Source: Hormiphora californensis (lineage: Eukaryota; Animalia; Ctenophora). From it: a stretch of 64,000 nt of DNA. Where the stretch lies: assembly GCA_020137815.1 (NCBI GenBank), contig CM035357.1:1550001-1614000 (forward strand), given 5' to 3'. The position numbers and the translations under genes are program-made. Shown piece by piece: positions 12,449-28,035 of this stretch; within the stretch, counting starts at the first letter, position 1, and each line of letters opens with the position of its first letter. The notes below the pieces were generated by a model. The model saw only the letters and a list, made by a program, of their open reading frames with translations. It was not told the origin of the DNA and searched no databases.

Positions 12449-12554
12449 TCAGTAGAAAGGAGGCCAGTAACTTTTTGTGAAATCGATGAGAAAATCAGTT
12501 TTGCTGCCCTGACATAAATGACTGACATTTGCTATTTTAATATTTTCAAATGCT

Positions 12555-12612
12555 TTGGTGACACGGCCACCCCTACACTAGCCGCACGAAGAATACGGGA
12601 TTTCATCATCAA
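12555..12612 (-). mobile_element. 58-bp micro-transposon with 9-bp TSD TCAAATGCT
   Basis: TSD at 12546-54 and 12613-21; empty site in the paralogous spacer near 9652-9660. Confidence 0.75.
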
Positions 12613-13968
12613 TCAAATGCTGAGCTATTTTTATACTGCTATTTTTATACAAGGAATTTTCTGTTTATTTTACCGTTAGTTGTTACTGATAAACTACAGT
12701 CAAACCTCGATTTACTGGAATCGTCAAAAGAAGGGTTATTTTAAATCGAGGTGTCTATTATTTAGAGCTGAATTATCATTGAAATCTTAATTCGAGGAAA
12801 ACTTTTCTGTCTCTTTACTTCGAGTTTGACTGTAGTCTGTATACGACAATGAGTTTTATGTATGATGTATGTATAGATAGGGAGATCAAAACATGACGTA
12901 AATTAATTAAGTTAAGTTTTTTAGCCCTCAGGCCGATGTATTTTTGAATGTATTGTATTGTATTGTGTATATTACGAGATAAAATCTAAGATAAGAAACC
13001 TTGATTGTTCAAGTGTAGTATTATTGTAAATCATGCTGTTTTTTAATCATCTTTACTCTTTTTTATCTTGTTTTAACTATTATGAGCTTGTTAGTCTTTT
13101 TTTCTGAAATCTTAATGTTTGTTTAATTCCTCCTGTCCCTACGATACGGGCACCGTTACGATCTGGGTGTTTGGTGGATTGTTTAGTTTTACAGGTGCAC
13201 ACTGCCAAAAAAGTTGATTCACTAAAATGGCTCTAACCGCCAAACCACTCAACCGTTTTGGCTAATTCCAAGTTTATCTCCAGTAGGAAATGTCAAGGCC
13301 TAACGTTAACCCAAATCCAAACCCTTCTTTAGTCCTAACCCTAAAAAATTAAACTGTTTGTCAGCACTCACCAGTCACCAAACACCCAGATTTTAAGGCT
13401 GGCCCTACAATACCAATTTACCCCAAAATCCAACTCTACCACTTCGCCACCCTATATCACTTTTCTCTTTTAGCTTAGTTATGATGTGAGATACACTAAG
13501 GAGCTGATAAGGAGAACACGTTCCTAAATTGCAATGTGTTATGATGATCTCCATTTAGAGATTTAGGGGTTATCTCTACCTCCAGGATGGGTTAACAATA
13601 CCAAAAACAATATATCCTGGCTACGAAACCGTACAACTCCTCGTAAAATCGGTACTGTTATTCCTGTTAATCACCGTAGGCCAACTTATAATGCTGCATC
13701 ATGCAGCCTGCATGTACCCGTTTTAATTATCTAGCACTCCCGCTCTTGCAGTTGTTTTCAGAAAGGCCAACTATTACACAATGGCTATACGGTATAGCCT
13801 ATACCTTGTTACAAAAGCCATCCTGGACCCTCGTTTATGCTGTCAGTGTGTAAGTCTGGTTTCAAGTTTTGCTGTATAACATCTACCTGGTAAGTGAACT
13901 TATTACATAGCACACTCACCATTCTCTCTTCGCAAACTAGTTATTGGTACCTACTACCTGGTTGGGTT

Positions 13969-14970
13969 ATGAAAGCGTCCTTTAAAGTTCCACGTCATCG
14001 CAGTTCTGCTTCAAAACCTATCAAGTTCAACAGTATCGAACTCGGTCGGTTCTCCCTTACGCCTATAACACGCGAGTATTGCCCTGATGTTTCTGTTCCG
14101 AAAATGAAAAAGGTGGTCAAACTCCCTGCGGATCTAAACGAAGGATTCGAGGAATTTGAGGATAGGTTGATGGGTGGAAACGACTGCGTTTTTAAGTGGA
14201 TTTGCGGGAACGATTTTGACATGGAGTCTATTGATTTGATCGCATCCAGGGGAATCCTGAAAAAAATCGCAACGAATCCCTACGACCATTTCAGGAATCA
14301 CTTTGGTATCCGGCTGGTTAAAATTGCTGACACCATTGCGATGGACACATTGGAAACTGCAGAAGAGGAGGAAATGACAACTTCTCAGCTCCGGAATAAG
14401 TATCACGGCCACAGACTCGAGAAGGTCACTATGGACGTTGGGGAAAATGAGACAAATATTGTGACAACCTGCAACATTGCCGGGTATCGGTGTCTTGTTA
14501 GGGCCGAAGTTGATGGATGTAACGATGAGGGAGAGTTGGTGGAGGTAAAAGCAAACTTTGTGATACAATATCCAAAACAGTTGGAAAACTTTCGTCGGAG
14601 TAAACTGTTCACCACGTTCATGCAGTGCTATTTGGTTGGTATTCCAAACGTCCTTATCGGGTTTCGTGATAAGAGTGGCATTTTGAGAAGGGTACAGAAC
14701 TATACCCTACCTCAAATTGAAGAAGAGTGTAGGCAATATTGGAACAAGGATTTCTACATGTCATTTCTAAATTCAGTCCTCTCATGGGCTCTTCCTCAAA
14801 TTGAAGATGGAAAGGTTTATCATTTGGAGTACAAGGGTGGCGATGAAATAACACTGATAGAAGTTCCAGACCCAGATCACATCCCACAATTCTTCAAAGA
14901 TTACGTGCAGCAGAATTCATCCGGCAGTGGCGTTCCGGATATCAGCAAACTCACTTTGGGTGTAAATTAG
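13969..14970 (+). CDS. DXO/Rai1-family nuclease copy 5 (type A, no RG tail)
   Basis: ATG at 13969 (MKASFKVPR); motifs SRGILKKI, GHRLE, RAEVDG, ELVEVK, QCYLVG, GFRD. Confidence 0.9.
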   Translation: MKASFKVPRHRSSASKPIKFNSIELGRFSLTPITREYCPDVSVPKMKKVVKLPADLNEGFEEFEDRLMGGNDCVFKWICGNDFDMESIDLIASRGILKKIATNPYDHFRNHFGIRLVKIADTIAMDTLETAEEEEMTTSQLRNKYHGHRLEKVTMDVGENETNIVTTCNIAGYRCLVRAEVDGCNDEGELVEVKANFVIQYPKQLENFRRSKLFTTFMQCYLVGIPNVLIGFRDKSGILRRVQNYTLPQIEEECRQYWNKDFYMSFLNSVLSWALPQIEDGKVYHLEYKGGDEITLIEVPDPDHIPQFFKDYVQQNSSGSGVPDISKLTLGVN

Positions 14971-15429
14971 CGGGATTTAAATTACATGCTGGAAGAGGGA
15001 GCCACTGTGGTGAGCGAAGTGGCAATGGAACAAAACGGATCCATGGGTTTGGGCTAAATCTGGCGGAGGATCTCATGGTTGGTGTATATGAAAGGGGGTC
15101 CCGGAAAACTTCCAGCTGGTATCGATCTATTAGGTATGAGCCGTGACTGGCGAAGCAGGTTATGTCAAATTGTCAGGGAATCAATGAAAAAGGACATTTT
15201 TCTCACAACCTAAGAAGGAATTTCTGTTTATTTTACCGTTAGTCGTTACTGATAAACTACAGTCAAACCTCGATTTACTGGAATCGTCAAAAGAAGGGTT
15301 ATTTTAAATCGAGGTGTCTATTATTTAGAGCTGAGTTATCATTGAAATCTTAATTCGAGGAAAACTTTTCTGTCTCTTTAATTCGAGTTTGTCTGTATAC
15401 GACAATGAGTTTTATGTATGATGTATGTA

Positions 15430-16576
15430 TATTGTATGGTCTTGTTTTTTTTTAACTGGTCGTCCGACCAAAATTTTTCAATTAAAGATTCCGATACATT
15501 AACATAACAGCCGGGGGTTGATTTTCATATACTCAGATGGTGCGGTGTTCAAATTTCCTTTTAGCGAAAAAACCAGATCTCTATCTTACTCCTGAGCGGT
15601 GCTATTAATGAAAACACGACGTGCGGTGCTCTTGTGCGGTGCTGACCTCTAATTTACCTCTTGGTGCCTCTTATAAGTTGAAATTTCAGGAATCGATGAC
15701 TATAATTTTTTCCCAATCAACAAAACTGACATCAATAAACATTTTACTCTTTTAGTGCGGTGCAGGCCTAAATTTCTGCTTTTTTCTTACTCTTGAAGGG
15801 TAAAATGAGCAAATAGCATTACGGTTTCTTGCACACCTTTTCTATCGACATTTCTTGATACTATGAACCTAAAATCAACACTAAAGTTTACTCATGGGGT
15901 GCGGTGCAGAGGCTTCAAAAGTGGTTGCATATTGCGACTTGTCAACTGCACCGCAATTAATGAGTAAATACGTCTGAAAACTAGCTAGTGGTGTAGCTAG
16001 TGTCTATATCAACTGTTTCTGATCAAAATTGGAATCATTATTACTCATTTGGTGCGGTGCATGGGCATTTTAATAGAACTTGATATTTTCCGTGTCACCG
16101 CACCAAATGAGTAAATTTTTTGATTTTTTTTCAGCACTAATTGTTCCTTTACAAATGAGGAACGTATTAGTCAACATTTGGGAATAATAAAGTCCATTTG
16201 ATACTATAAAACCTCGATTTAAAAATGCTGCTACTTTGAGTGCCAATTGCACCGCACTAGATGAGTCACATGCTTACTCATCGCTGTAGGCAAGATTGAT
16301 AGACCAATTATCTGCAATTTTACTCAAAAATTGCAGTTTTATTATTTGTCCTGAAGATTTTGTACCAGTTTTAGCAAACGTGGTCATATGCACCGCACAA
16401 CATGAGTAAAGTTTTAAAAACACAAGCTTAAATTACTCTCAAGACACTTTTACATCATAATTTTGATTTTTAGCAATTTTGAAAAAATATTTCTTACCTA
16501 AATACTCCTTTTTCCAAAATTTGTCGAATTTTCAGTCGAGGAGACGACCAGTTAAAAAAAACAAGACCGTATACTG
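15430..16576. mobile_element. Non-autonomous TIR element (TA target) with internal ACTCA..GTGCGGTGC repeats
   Basis: GGTCTTGTTTTTTTTTAACTGGTCGTC...GACGACCAGTTAAAAAAAACAAGACC; absent from the paralogous spacers near 10040 and 12870. Confidence 0.8.
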
Positions 16577-17617
16577 TATAGCTAGTGAGATCAAAACATG
16601 ACGTAAATTAATTAAGTTAAGTTTTTTAGCCCTCAGGCCGATGTATTTTTGAATTTTTTTGAATTTGTATTGTATTGTGTATACTACGAGATAAAATCTA
16701 AAATTAGAAACCTTAATTGTTCAAGTGTAGTATTATTGTAAATCATGCTGTTTTTTAATCATCTTCACTCTTTTTTATCTTGTTTTAAATATTATGAGCT
16801 TGTTAATTTTTTTCTGAAATCTCAATGTTTGTTTAATTCCTCCTGTCCCTACAATACGTGTGCCGTTACGATATGGGTGTTTGGTGGCCTGTTTACAGGT
16901 GCGCGCTGCCAAAAACGTTGATTCACTAAAATGGCTCTAACCGCCAAACCACTCAACCGTTTTGGCTAATTCAAAGTTTATCTGGTAGGAAATGCCAACC
17001 CAAACCCCAACCCTAACCCTACTTTAGCCCTAACCCTAAAAAACCGTTTGTCAGCACTCGCCAAACACCCAGATTTTAGCGCTGGCCCTACAATACCAAC
17101 TTACCCCAAAATCCAACTCTACCATTTCGCCACCCTATATCACTTTTCTTTTAGCTTAGTTATGTTGTGAGATACACTAAGGAGCTGATAAGGAGAACAC
17201 GTTCCTAAATTGCAATGTGTTATGGTAATCTCCATTTAGAGATTTAGGGGTTATCTCTACCTCAAGGATGGGGTAACAATACCAAAAACAATATCCTGGC
17301 TACGAAACCGTACAACTTCTCGTAAAATCGGTACTGTTATTCCAGTTAATCGTAGGCCAACTTATAATGCTGCATGTACCTGTTTTAATTATTTAGCACT
17401 CCCGCTCTTGCAGTTGTTTTCAGAAAGGCCAACTATTACACAATGGCTATACCTTGTTACAAAAGCCATCCTGGACCCTCGTTATGCTTTCAGTTTAAGT
17501 CTGGTTTCAAGTTTTGCTGTCTAACAAGTTTCCTGGTAAGTGAATTTATTACAGACTACAGAGCACACTCATCATTCTCTCTTCGCAAACTAGTTATTGG
17601 TACTACCTGGCTGGGTT

Positions 17618-18616
17618 ATGAAGGCGTCCTTTAAAGTTCCACGTCATCGCAGCTCTGCTTCAAAACCTGTCAAATTCAACAGTATCGAACTCGGTCGGTT
17701 CTCCCTCACGCATACATGCGAGTATTGCCCTGATGGTTCTGTTCCGAAGATGAAAAAGGTGGTCAAACTTCCTGCGGATCTAAACGAGGGATGCGAGGAT
17801 TTTGAGGAAAGGGTGATGGGTGGATACGACTGCGTTTTTAAGTGGATTTGTGGGAACGAATTTGACTTGGATTCTGTTGATTTGATCGTATCCAGGGGAA
17901 TCCTGAAAAAAATCGCAACGAATCCCTACGACCATTTCAGGAATCACTTTGGTATCCGGCTGGTAAAAATTGCTGACACCATCGCGATGGACACATTGGA
18001 TACTGCAAAAGAGGAGGAAATGACAACTTCTCGGCGACGGAATATTTATCACGGCCACAGACTCGAGAAGGTCACTACGGACGTTGGGGAAAATGAGACA
18101 TATATTGTGACAACCTGCAACATTGCCGGGTATCGGTGTCTTGTTAGGGCCGAAGTTGATGGATGTAACGATGAGGGAGAGTTGGTGGAGGTAAAAGCAA
18201 ACTTTGTGATACAATATCCAAAACAGTTGGAAAACTTTCGTCGGGGTAAACTGTTCACCACGTTTATGCAGTGTTATTTGGTTGGTATTCCAAACGTCCT
18301 TATCGGGTTTCGTGATAAGAGCGGTATCTTAAGAAGCCTACAGAACTATACACTTCCTCAAATTGAAGAAGAGTGTAGGCAATATTGGAACAAGGATTTC
18401 TACATGTCATTTCTAAATTCAGTCCTCTCATGGGCTCTTCCACAAATTGAAGATGGAAAGGTTTATCATTTGGAGTACAAGGGTGGCGATGAAATAACAC
18501 TGATAGAAGTTCCAGACCCAGATCACATCCCACAATTCTTCAAAGATTATGTGCAGCAGAATTCATCCGGCAGTGGCGTTCCGGATATTAGCAAACTTAC
18601 TTTAAGTGGAAATTAG
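17618..18616 (+). CDS. DXO/Rai1-family nuclease copy 6 (type A, no RG tail)
   Basis: Near-identical to copy 5; motifs intact. Confidence 0.9.
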   Translation: MKASFKVPRHRSSASKPVKFNSIELGRFSLTHTCEYCPDGSVPKMKKVVKLPADLNEGCEDFEERVMGGYDCVFKWICGNEFDLDSVDLIVSRGILKKIATNPYDHFRNHFGIRLVKIADTIAMDTLDTAKEEEMTTSRRRNIYHGHRLEKVTTDVGENETYIVTTCNIAGYRCLVRAEVDGCNDEGELVEVKANFVIQYPKQLENFRRGKLFTTFMQCYLVGIPNVLIGFRDKSGILRSLQNYTLPQIEEECRQYWNKDFYMSFLNSVLSWALPQIEDGKVYHLEYKGGDEITLIEVPDPDHIPQFFKDYVQQNSSGSGVPDISKLTLSGN

Positions 18617-19302
18617 CGGGATTTAAATTACATGCTGGAAGAGGGAGCAACTGTGGTGAGCGAAGTGGCAAAGGAACAAAACGGTTCCATGGGTTTGGGC
18701 TGAATCTGGCGGAGGATCTCATGGTTGGTGTATGAAAGGGGATCCCGGAAAACTTCCAGCTGGTATCGATCTGTTAGGTATGAGCCGTGACTAGCGAAGC
18801 AGGTTATTGTCAAATTGTCAGGGAATCTATGAAAAAGGACATTTTTTTCTCATAACCTAAGAAAGAAATTTTGTGAGCCATGACAGCATTTTCAGTTGGT
18901 GAACCTTACTAATAGCTGTTGACCGGATTTTCGATTTTGTTTCTTTCAATAACTAATTGAATTAAACAGTTTACCAGAAATAAACTTCAAATATCGGTCA
19001 TACGCTTTGTGAGGGATGCAAACTGTAACTGCCACTGTGTACTTTTTTCTACCGTGATCAATGAATGTATGAACAACGGGGAAGTAATTTTGATATCTCC
19101 TTCTGGTGATCAACACACACACACGCCCTCTGTACAACAGTTTAATGGGGAATCTCACACATACACGGGCAGAACTCGGTTAAGGTCCCTGGTTCAATTC
19201 CCGGTCAAACCCAGTATTTTTCGATTTTCTTCCCTATTTAATTCTTGCTCTGAACTCATTATTCAGAATACTAATGTATGAACAACGTTAAGTTTTAATT
19301 TT

Positions 19303-19667
19303 TTTCCCCGCCCGGGTGAAGGCCGAAGGCCTTCACCCGGATGCCTTTTGCAAAAAGGCATAGGGGTTTAGAAATCTAAACGGATATAGTGACTATGTGT
19401 AGCAAGTCAGCTCTCTTGTCCCATTTCAGGTTGCGAGGGGCAACATGTAGCAACTAGAGCCGTGCACACAACAACAACCTGCTCCTTCATAAACCACGCA
19501 ATTCCGCAATGTGGTGCGCAATTTAGTGCTACTAAAACACAAGTATTTGTTCTATACTGGTTCCTTGATTTATAAATGATCCGAATTGTCTGTCCCGCCT
19601 TCGTGTTAGAAATGAAAGGTTGGCGGGGAAACATAGCATTATGAAACATAATGCATTTATTTTTGTT
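19303..19667 (+). mobile_element. Helentron/HINE-like element related to 278-934
   Basis: SubTIR TTTCCCCGCC / GGCGGGGAAA; 5' hairpin CCGGGTGAAGGCC-GAA-GGCCTTCACCCGG; 3' hairpin GCATTATG-AAA-CATAATGC; T-rich ends. Confidence 0.7.
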
Positions 19668-19966
19668 ATCTTTTTTGTACAGTATAAAGAATGTAATTGT
19701 TGAATGTTTTGTGATGTGATGTGATGTATAAAATATGTAACAAGATAAAAGTTGAGACGATTCGAGTGCTGTTTTTCAAACTTCTCAGCTCTTTTCTACT
19801 TTGTAATGAAGAACATTTATATCTTTATATCGCTTTTTTGTCTGTTTATTCTATCCTCCCCTCGTAAATATACATCCCTGATCCCGCAAATCAAAATGTA
19901 CCTATTCCCTTTATCACAATCCTTTCCTAGCTTGGATAAGGTTTACGTTTAGGACCTGCAGAACCC

Positions 19967-21380
19967 ATGTCCGTGTCTACGTTTCACATAGATCGTGGTA
20001 GCAGGGACCCTTATCAACGTGCCTCTCTCACAACTCAGCACGTTGAACTTGGGGAGTTCGCTGTTACCCCAAATATAGAATATTCTCCTGAGGTGGTGTA
20101 CAGAATACTACGAGAAGACATTCAACTTCCTGCTGATCTCAACGCTAACTTGAAGCAAAATCTTGAAAAAATGAAGAGAAATGCATTACTTCTTCCTGAT
20201 ATGATACAGTTTATAATGAAGTGGATTTGTGACAACAATTATGACACCAGTAATATCGACTTAGTGACTAACAGATCGAGGCTAAGACGGCTAGCTCAAT
20301 ATCCTTTTAACAAGCGACATGAAATGGATACCCGAGAGCACTTCACATTCCGGCTCAAAAAAGTTGGTAATTTCATTGTTATGGACGAGATAGAGACGCA
20401 GCATAGAGTAGATAGAGTAAATAGTGAGTCTGATGACATGAGGCGGATTATGTGTCAAGGTTTTGAACTTGAGAACGTTTTTCTTGAGGAGGGTAGTGAA
20501 AATAACGTCCATACACTAAAGTTGACAACGATTGGTCGCATTCGCTGTTTTGTGTCTTTTCAAGTCGATGGACGTGATAGAAATGGGGAGTTGGTTGAAG
20601 TAAAAGCGAACAGAATCATCAGGAAGGACATGCATGAGGACGTATTTCATGCTTATAAACTATTTGAAGCCTATTTACAGTGCTGCCTCGTTGGTGTACC
20701 ACACCTATTTATCGGTTTTCGTAATAAAGATGTTGGTCTTTTGTTAGATTTAAAACAGTACACCCTGCCTCAAATTGAAGAAGAGTGTAAAGCTTATTGG
20801 AACAAGGATTTCTACATGTCATTTCTAAATGCAGTACTCTCCTGGGCTCTTCCTCAAATCGCAGAATGGAAAGGTGTATCATTTGGAGTACAGGGGTGGC
20901 GATGAAATAACTCTGATAGAAGTTCCAGACCCAGATCACATCCCACAATACTTCAAAGATCATGCGGAGCAGTATTCATTTGGCAGTAGTGTCTTTGTTC
21001 CTGATATTGACAGTTCAGAGCTGGGCAGAATATCTAATACATCATCAAATGCTCTATGGAACCAACAACAACGTGGACATGATTTGGACATTTATCATGA
21101 TGCGAAAGGAGCTAAAGGGGAGCAGTTCCATGCTAGAAGGGAGGGTAAAGAAAACTATCAACGAACATCCTCTTATGAAATGGGTCGTGAACGAAGGGCA
21201 CAGGGTTGGAGAAACTCTCGGGGAAACTATAAAGGACATAGCACTTCTCGTGATTGGACTGAATCCGGTAGGGGACAGCTAAATCATACTCAAGACAGGG
21301 CATCTTCAAGTAGGCATCGATCGGGGGAATGGGTTCCAGAGAGCCGGGCCGACCGTGACTCTGACTGGCGCAGAAGGTAA
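19967..21380 (+). CDS. DXO/Rai1-family copy 7 (divergent type B, motif III E->Q, RG tail); one apparent +1 frameshift near 20866
   Basis: Motifs NRSRL, GFELE, SFQVDG, ELVEVK, QCCLVG, GFRN. GCAGAATGG vs GCAGATGG in paralogs; continues in ORF 20829..21380. Confidence 0.8.
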
Positions 21381-21499
21381 ACAATTCCTTCAACTTCTAG
21401 GCTTGGTGAATAGTTCTTCCGTCCTCATACATCAGACAGCTGCTAATTTTTTGTTTTTTCCTATTGTTTCCTGATTTTAGAATTCAGAGTGACTGTTAA

Positions 21500-21725
21500 A
21501 GGTTGACAAGATACCTAAAACTTTTCTTCGATCTTATTTTTTAATTTTTCCGGACTTTTGTAGAGTCTACATAGAAAAATCAAAAAGTGGTTTGAAATAT
21601 TTTTCTACACGACAAACAATTCCGGAAAAAAAGTTTAAATGTCATGAATAATCAAAAAAATAAGATATACATAGATATACATAGATATAAGATAAGAAGA
21701 ACAGTTTTAGGTATCTTTTCAACCT
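21500..21725. mobile_element. TTAA-target MITE (Kolobok-like AG..CT ends)
   Basis: TTAA-AGGTTGACAAGATACCTAAAAC...GTTTTAGGTATCTTTTCAACCT-TTAA. Confidence 0.75.
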
Positions 21726-22326
21726 TTAAGTAATTTTAAATATTATATGTGACTTTCAATATATGTATATACAGAGCTCTTACCTGATTATAGGTTTATT
21801 GCACGCCTTACGCCATACTGTTTTTTGCACTCAGAATATATTGACATTATTTTTATTTTAACTTATTTTAACTTTTTTTATCTGCATGTACATACCTTTT
21901 TATAACGGTTTATAAATATCTTTTCTTAGCTCGTTTATTTAGGCATCACTTTACAAGCGGAACCTGGACCAGTCCTTTTTAGAGGTGCCTGCGGTTCAAA
22001 ATTGTGTGCAATATAATGCATTGAATCCATAAATGTGCTTGATTAGCACTTCAAAGCGAATACAATGCTAGGCGGTCCCGGTTCCAACTGCACGGTTATG
22101 CTGTTTTACATATTTTAATCTGTATCTTTTTGATAAGCATGTCCTTTTATATCTTTTTTCTGAAATCTCAACTGTTAATTGGTTTAAATTCTGAAAAAAC
22201 CCGAAAAAATGATCCCAAAATCCCATTCTTCCACTTCCCACGCTATAACACCATACCCTTTTAGCTTTGCTATGATATGAGATAGATTTACGACCTAAGG
22301 AGCAGAAAACGGAGACAAACTTCTAA

Positions 22327-26420
<4,094 letters not shown>

Positions 26421-27275
26421 TCAATCTTTGAATCATTTTGGGGTGTTATGTAGCATCTATAGCGGTGAGATTAATAACGATTAGTATTTTTGGTTAAATT
26501 CCAACGATTTAGCTTTGTGTGGATTGATTGGTGTAAATGATAATGTTTGTAACGCAACACAGAGCGCGCTATATATACAGGGTGTTCACAGAACTGTTTA
26601 GCCTCTTTTCAAATATGTTCCTTTGACCAAATGAAAGGTCTAATTTTTGTGTGACACTCTGTGTGTATTTGTGTGTCATATATTTCATGTCGTTTGTCCG
26701 TGTGTGTGTATGTGTGTGTACAAGAATTTTTTTGCAACACAGTATACTGGCTATACTGATATATACAATGATGATGATATCTCTCCCCCCCCCTCCACTG
26801 TTTAGATGTTTACGTTACAAAAAACTATGCGTTTTACTGATTTTCCACCAAACAGACTTCCTTCTATCCCTTTCGTTCTCTTTCTGTTATTTTCTTTGGC
26901 ACAGGTGCGTTCGGAGATCTTCCATTCAGATGTAAGATGACACCAGCGAATCCAAGAGTCTGGCATGTAAGAGAATGAGACAGCTGAGAGATACTGCATA
27001 TAGAATTTGGAGGAGACAGCCATCTGAGAGAAGAGCTATCATGATATATCATGATATAGAGATAAATGGGAATATACTGGCTAGAGTAAGAGGGAGGTAA
27101 GAGGGAGGTATATTGAGTATGAAAAGAGAGAGAAGACAGCGATATCACAGAGTATGGCGCTGTTCTATTGTGAAATGTACACACTCGGATAGGAGCACTA
27201 AATGGTGGCGTACAAGAGAGAGAGAGTGCCCTGGTGTCTTTGTCTTCCTCTTCTTACACTATCTGTTTCGGTTAT

Positions 27276-27438
<163 letters not shown>

Positions 27439-27441
27439 AGG

Positions 27442-28035
27442 ATGGGTGACCTAGATCACATCTACCTACAAGGTCTGGCCCTACTTCACAGCAGTGACCC
27501 AAGCAGCACAAATAAACTGATAACGCTTTGCGAAGAAACGATAGCTGCCAGCGAGTGGGCTGGGGTAACTATCTCTGGAGACCTCTCTTCTCTGGTAAGG
27601 AATGCTGGTTTGAGAATGATTTCATTGTTTGTGTACTGTTTTAGCGTCACTGTGCTACATTTCGTCTTCCTAATTTCCCAAATCTCCCAGGTATCAAAGT
27701 TACCCAAGGAAGAGAGAGTGGCGATGGAGAGCAAACCTAAGAGGCTCCGTGATGCAGATAGTGATGAAGTTAGTGTCATTCCTTCGAAGGTAATCAGGGT
27801 GTTATTATATGATAATTATGAAAATTGAGGGTGGTTATATTTTGTGTCTTGAATGGTGTGTGGGTGGTTAAAATGTTGATTTCTATTCAAATACAGTTTT
27901 CTAACCCTCACCTCCCTCTTCCAGGCCCTAAAAGGTGTGATCATGTCCAGTCCCCTGTTTGGTAACTCACTCTCAACATCCAAAACATCGCGAATGAACC
28001 TCCTACGAAAGGACGTTAAAAAGTCGAAAAAGTGA
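27442..28035 (+). CDS. INTS12: Minimal Integrator subunit 12-like protein (120 aa, no PHD finger); exons 27442-27594, 27691-27789, 27925-28035
   Basis: MGDLDHIYLQGLALLHSSDPSSTNKLITLCEETIA resembles the INTS12 N-terminus [34 protein letters not shown] (recalled). The C-terminus SRMNLLRKDVKKSKK resembles KRLQMVKKKAAQKKLKK. Both introns are phase-0 GT-AG. Confidence 0.65.

Noticed and set aside
1281-21393. Recurrent antisense ORFs over the DXO genes
   Set aside because: They are shadows of duplicated coding sequence with no independent motifs.
1-22300. Bacterial/phage restriction-nuclease operon or contaminant contig
   Set aside because: The motifs fit eukaryotic DXO, the spacers contain Rab14 fragments, and TE families are shared with the intron-rich half.
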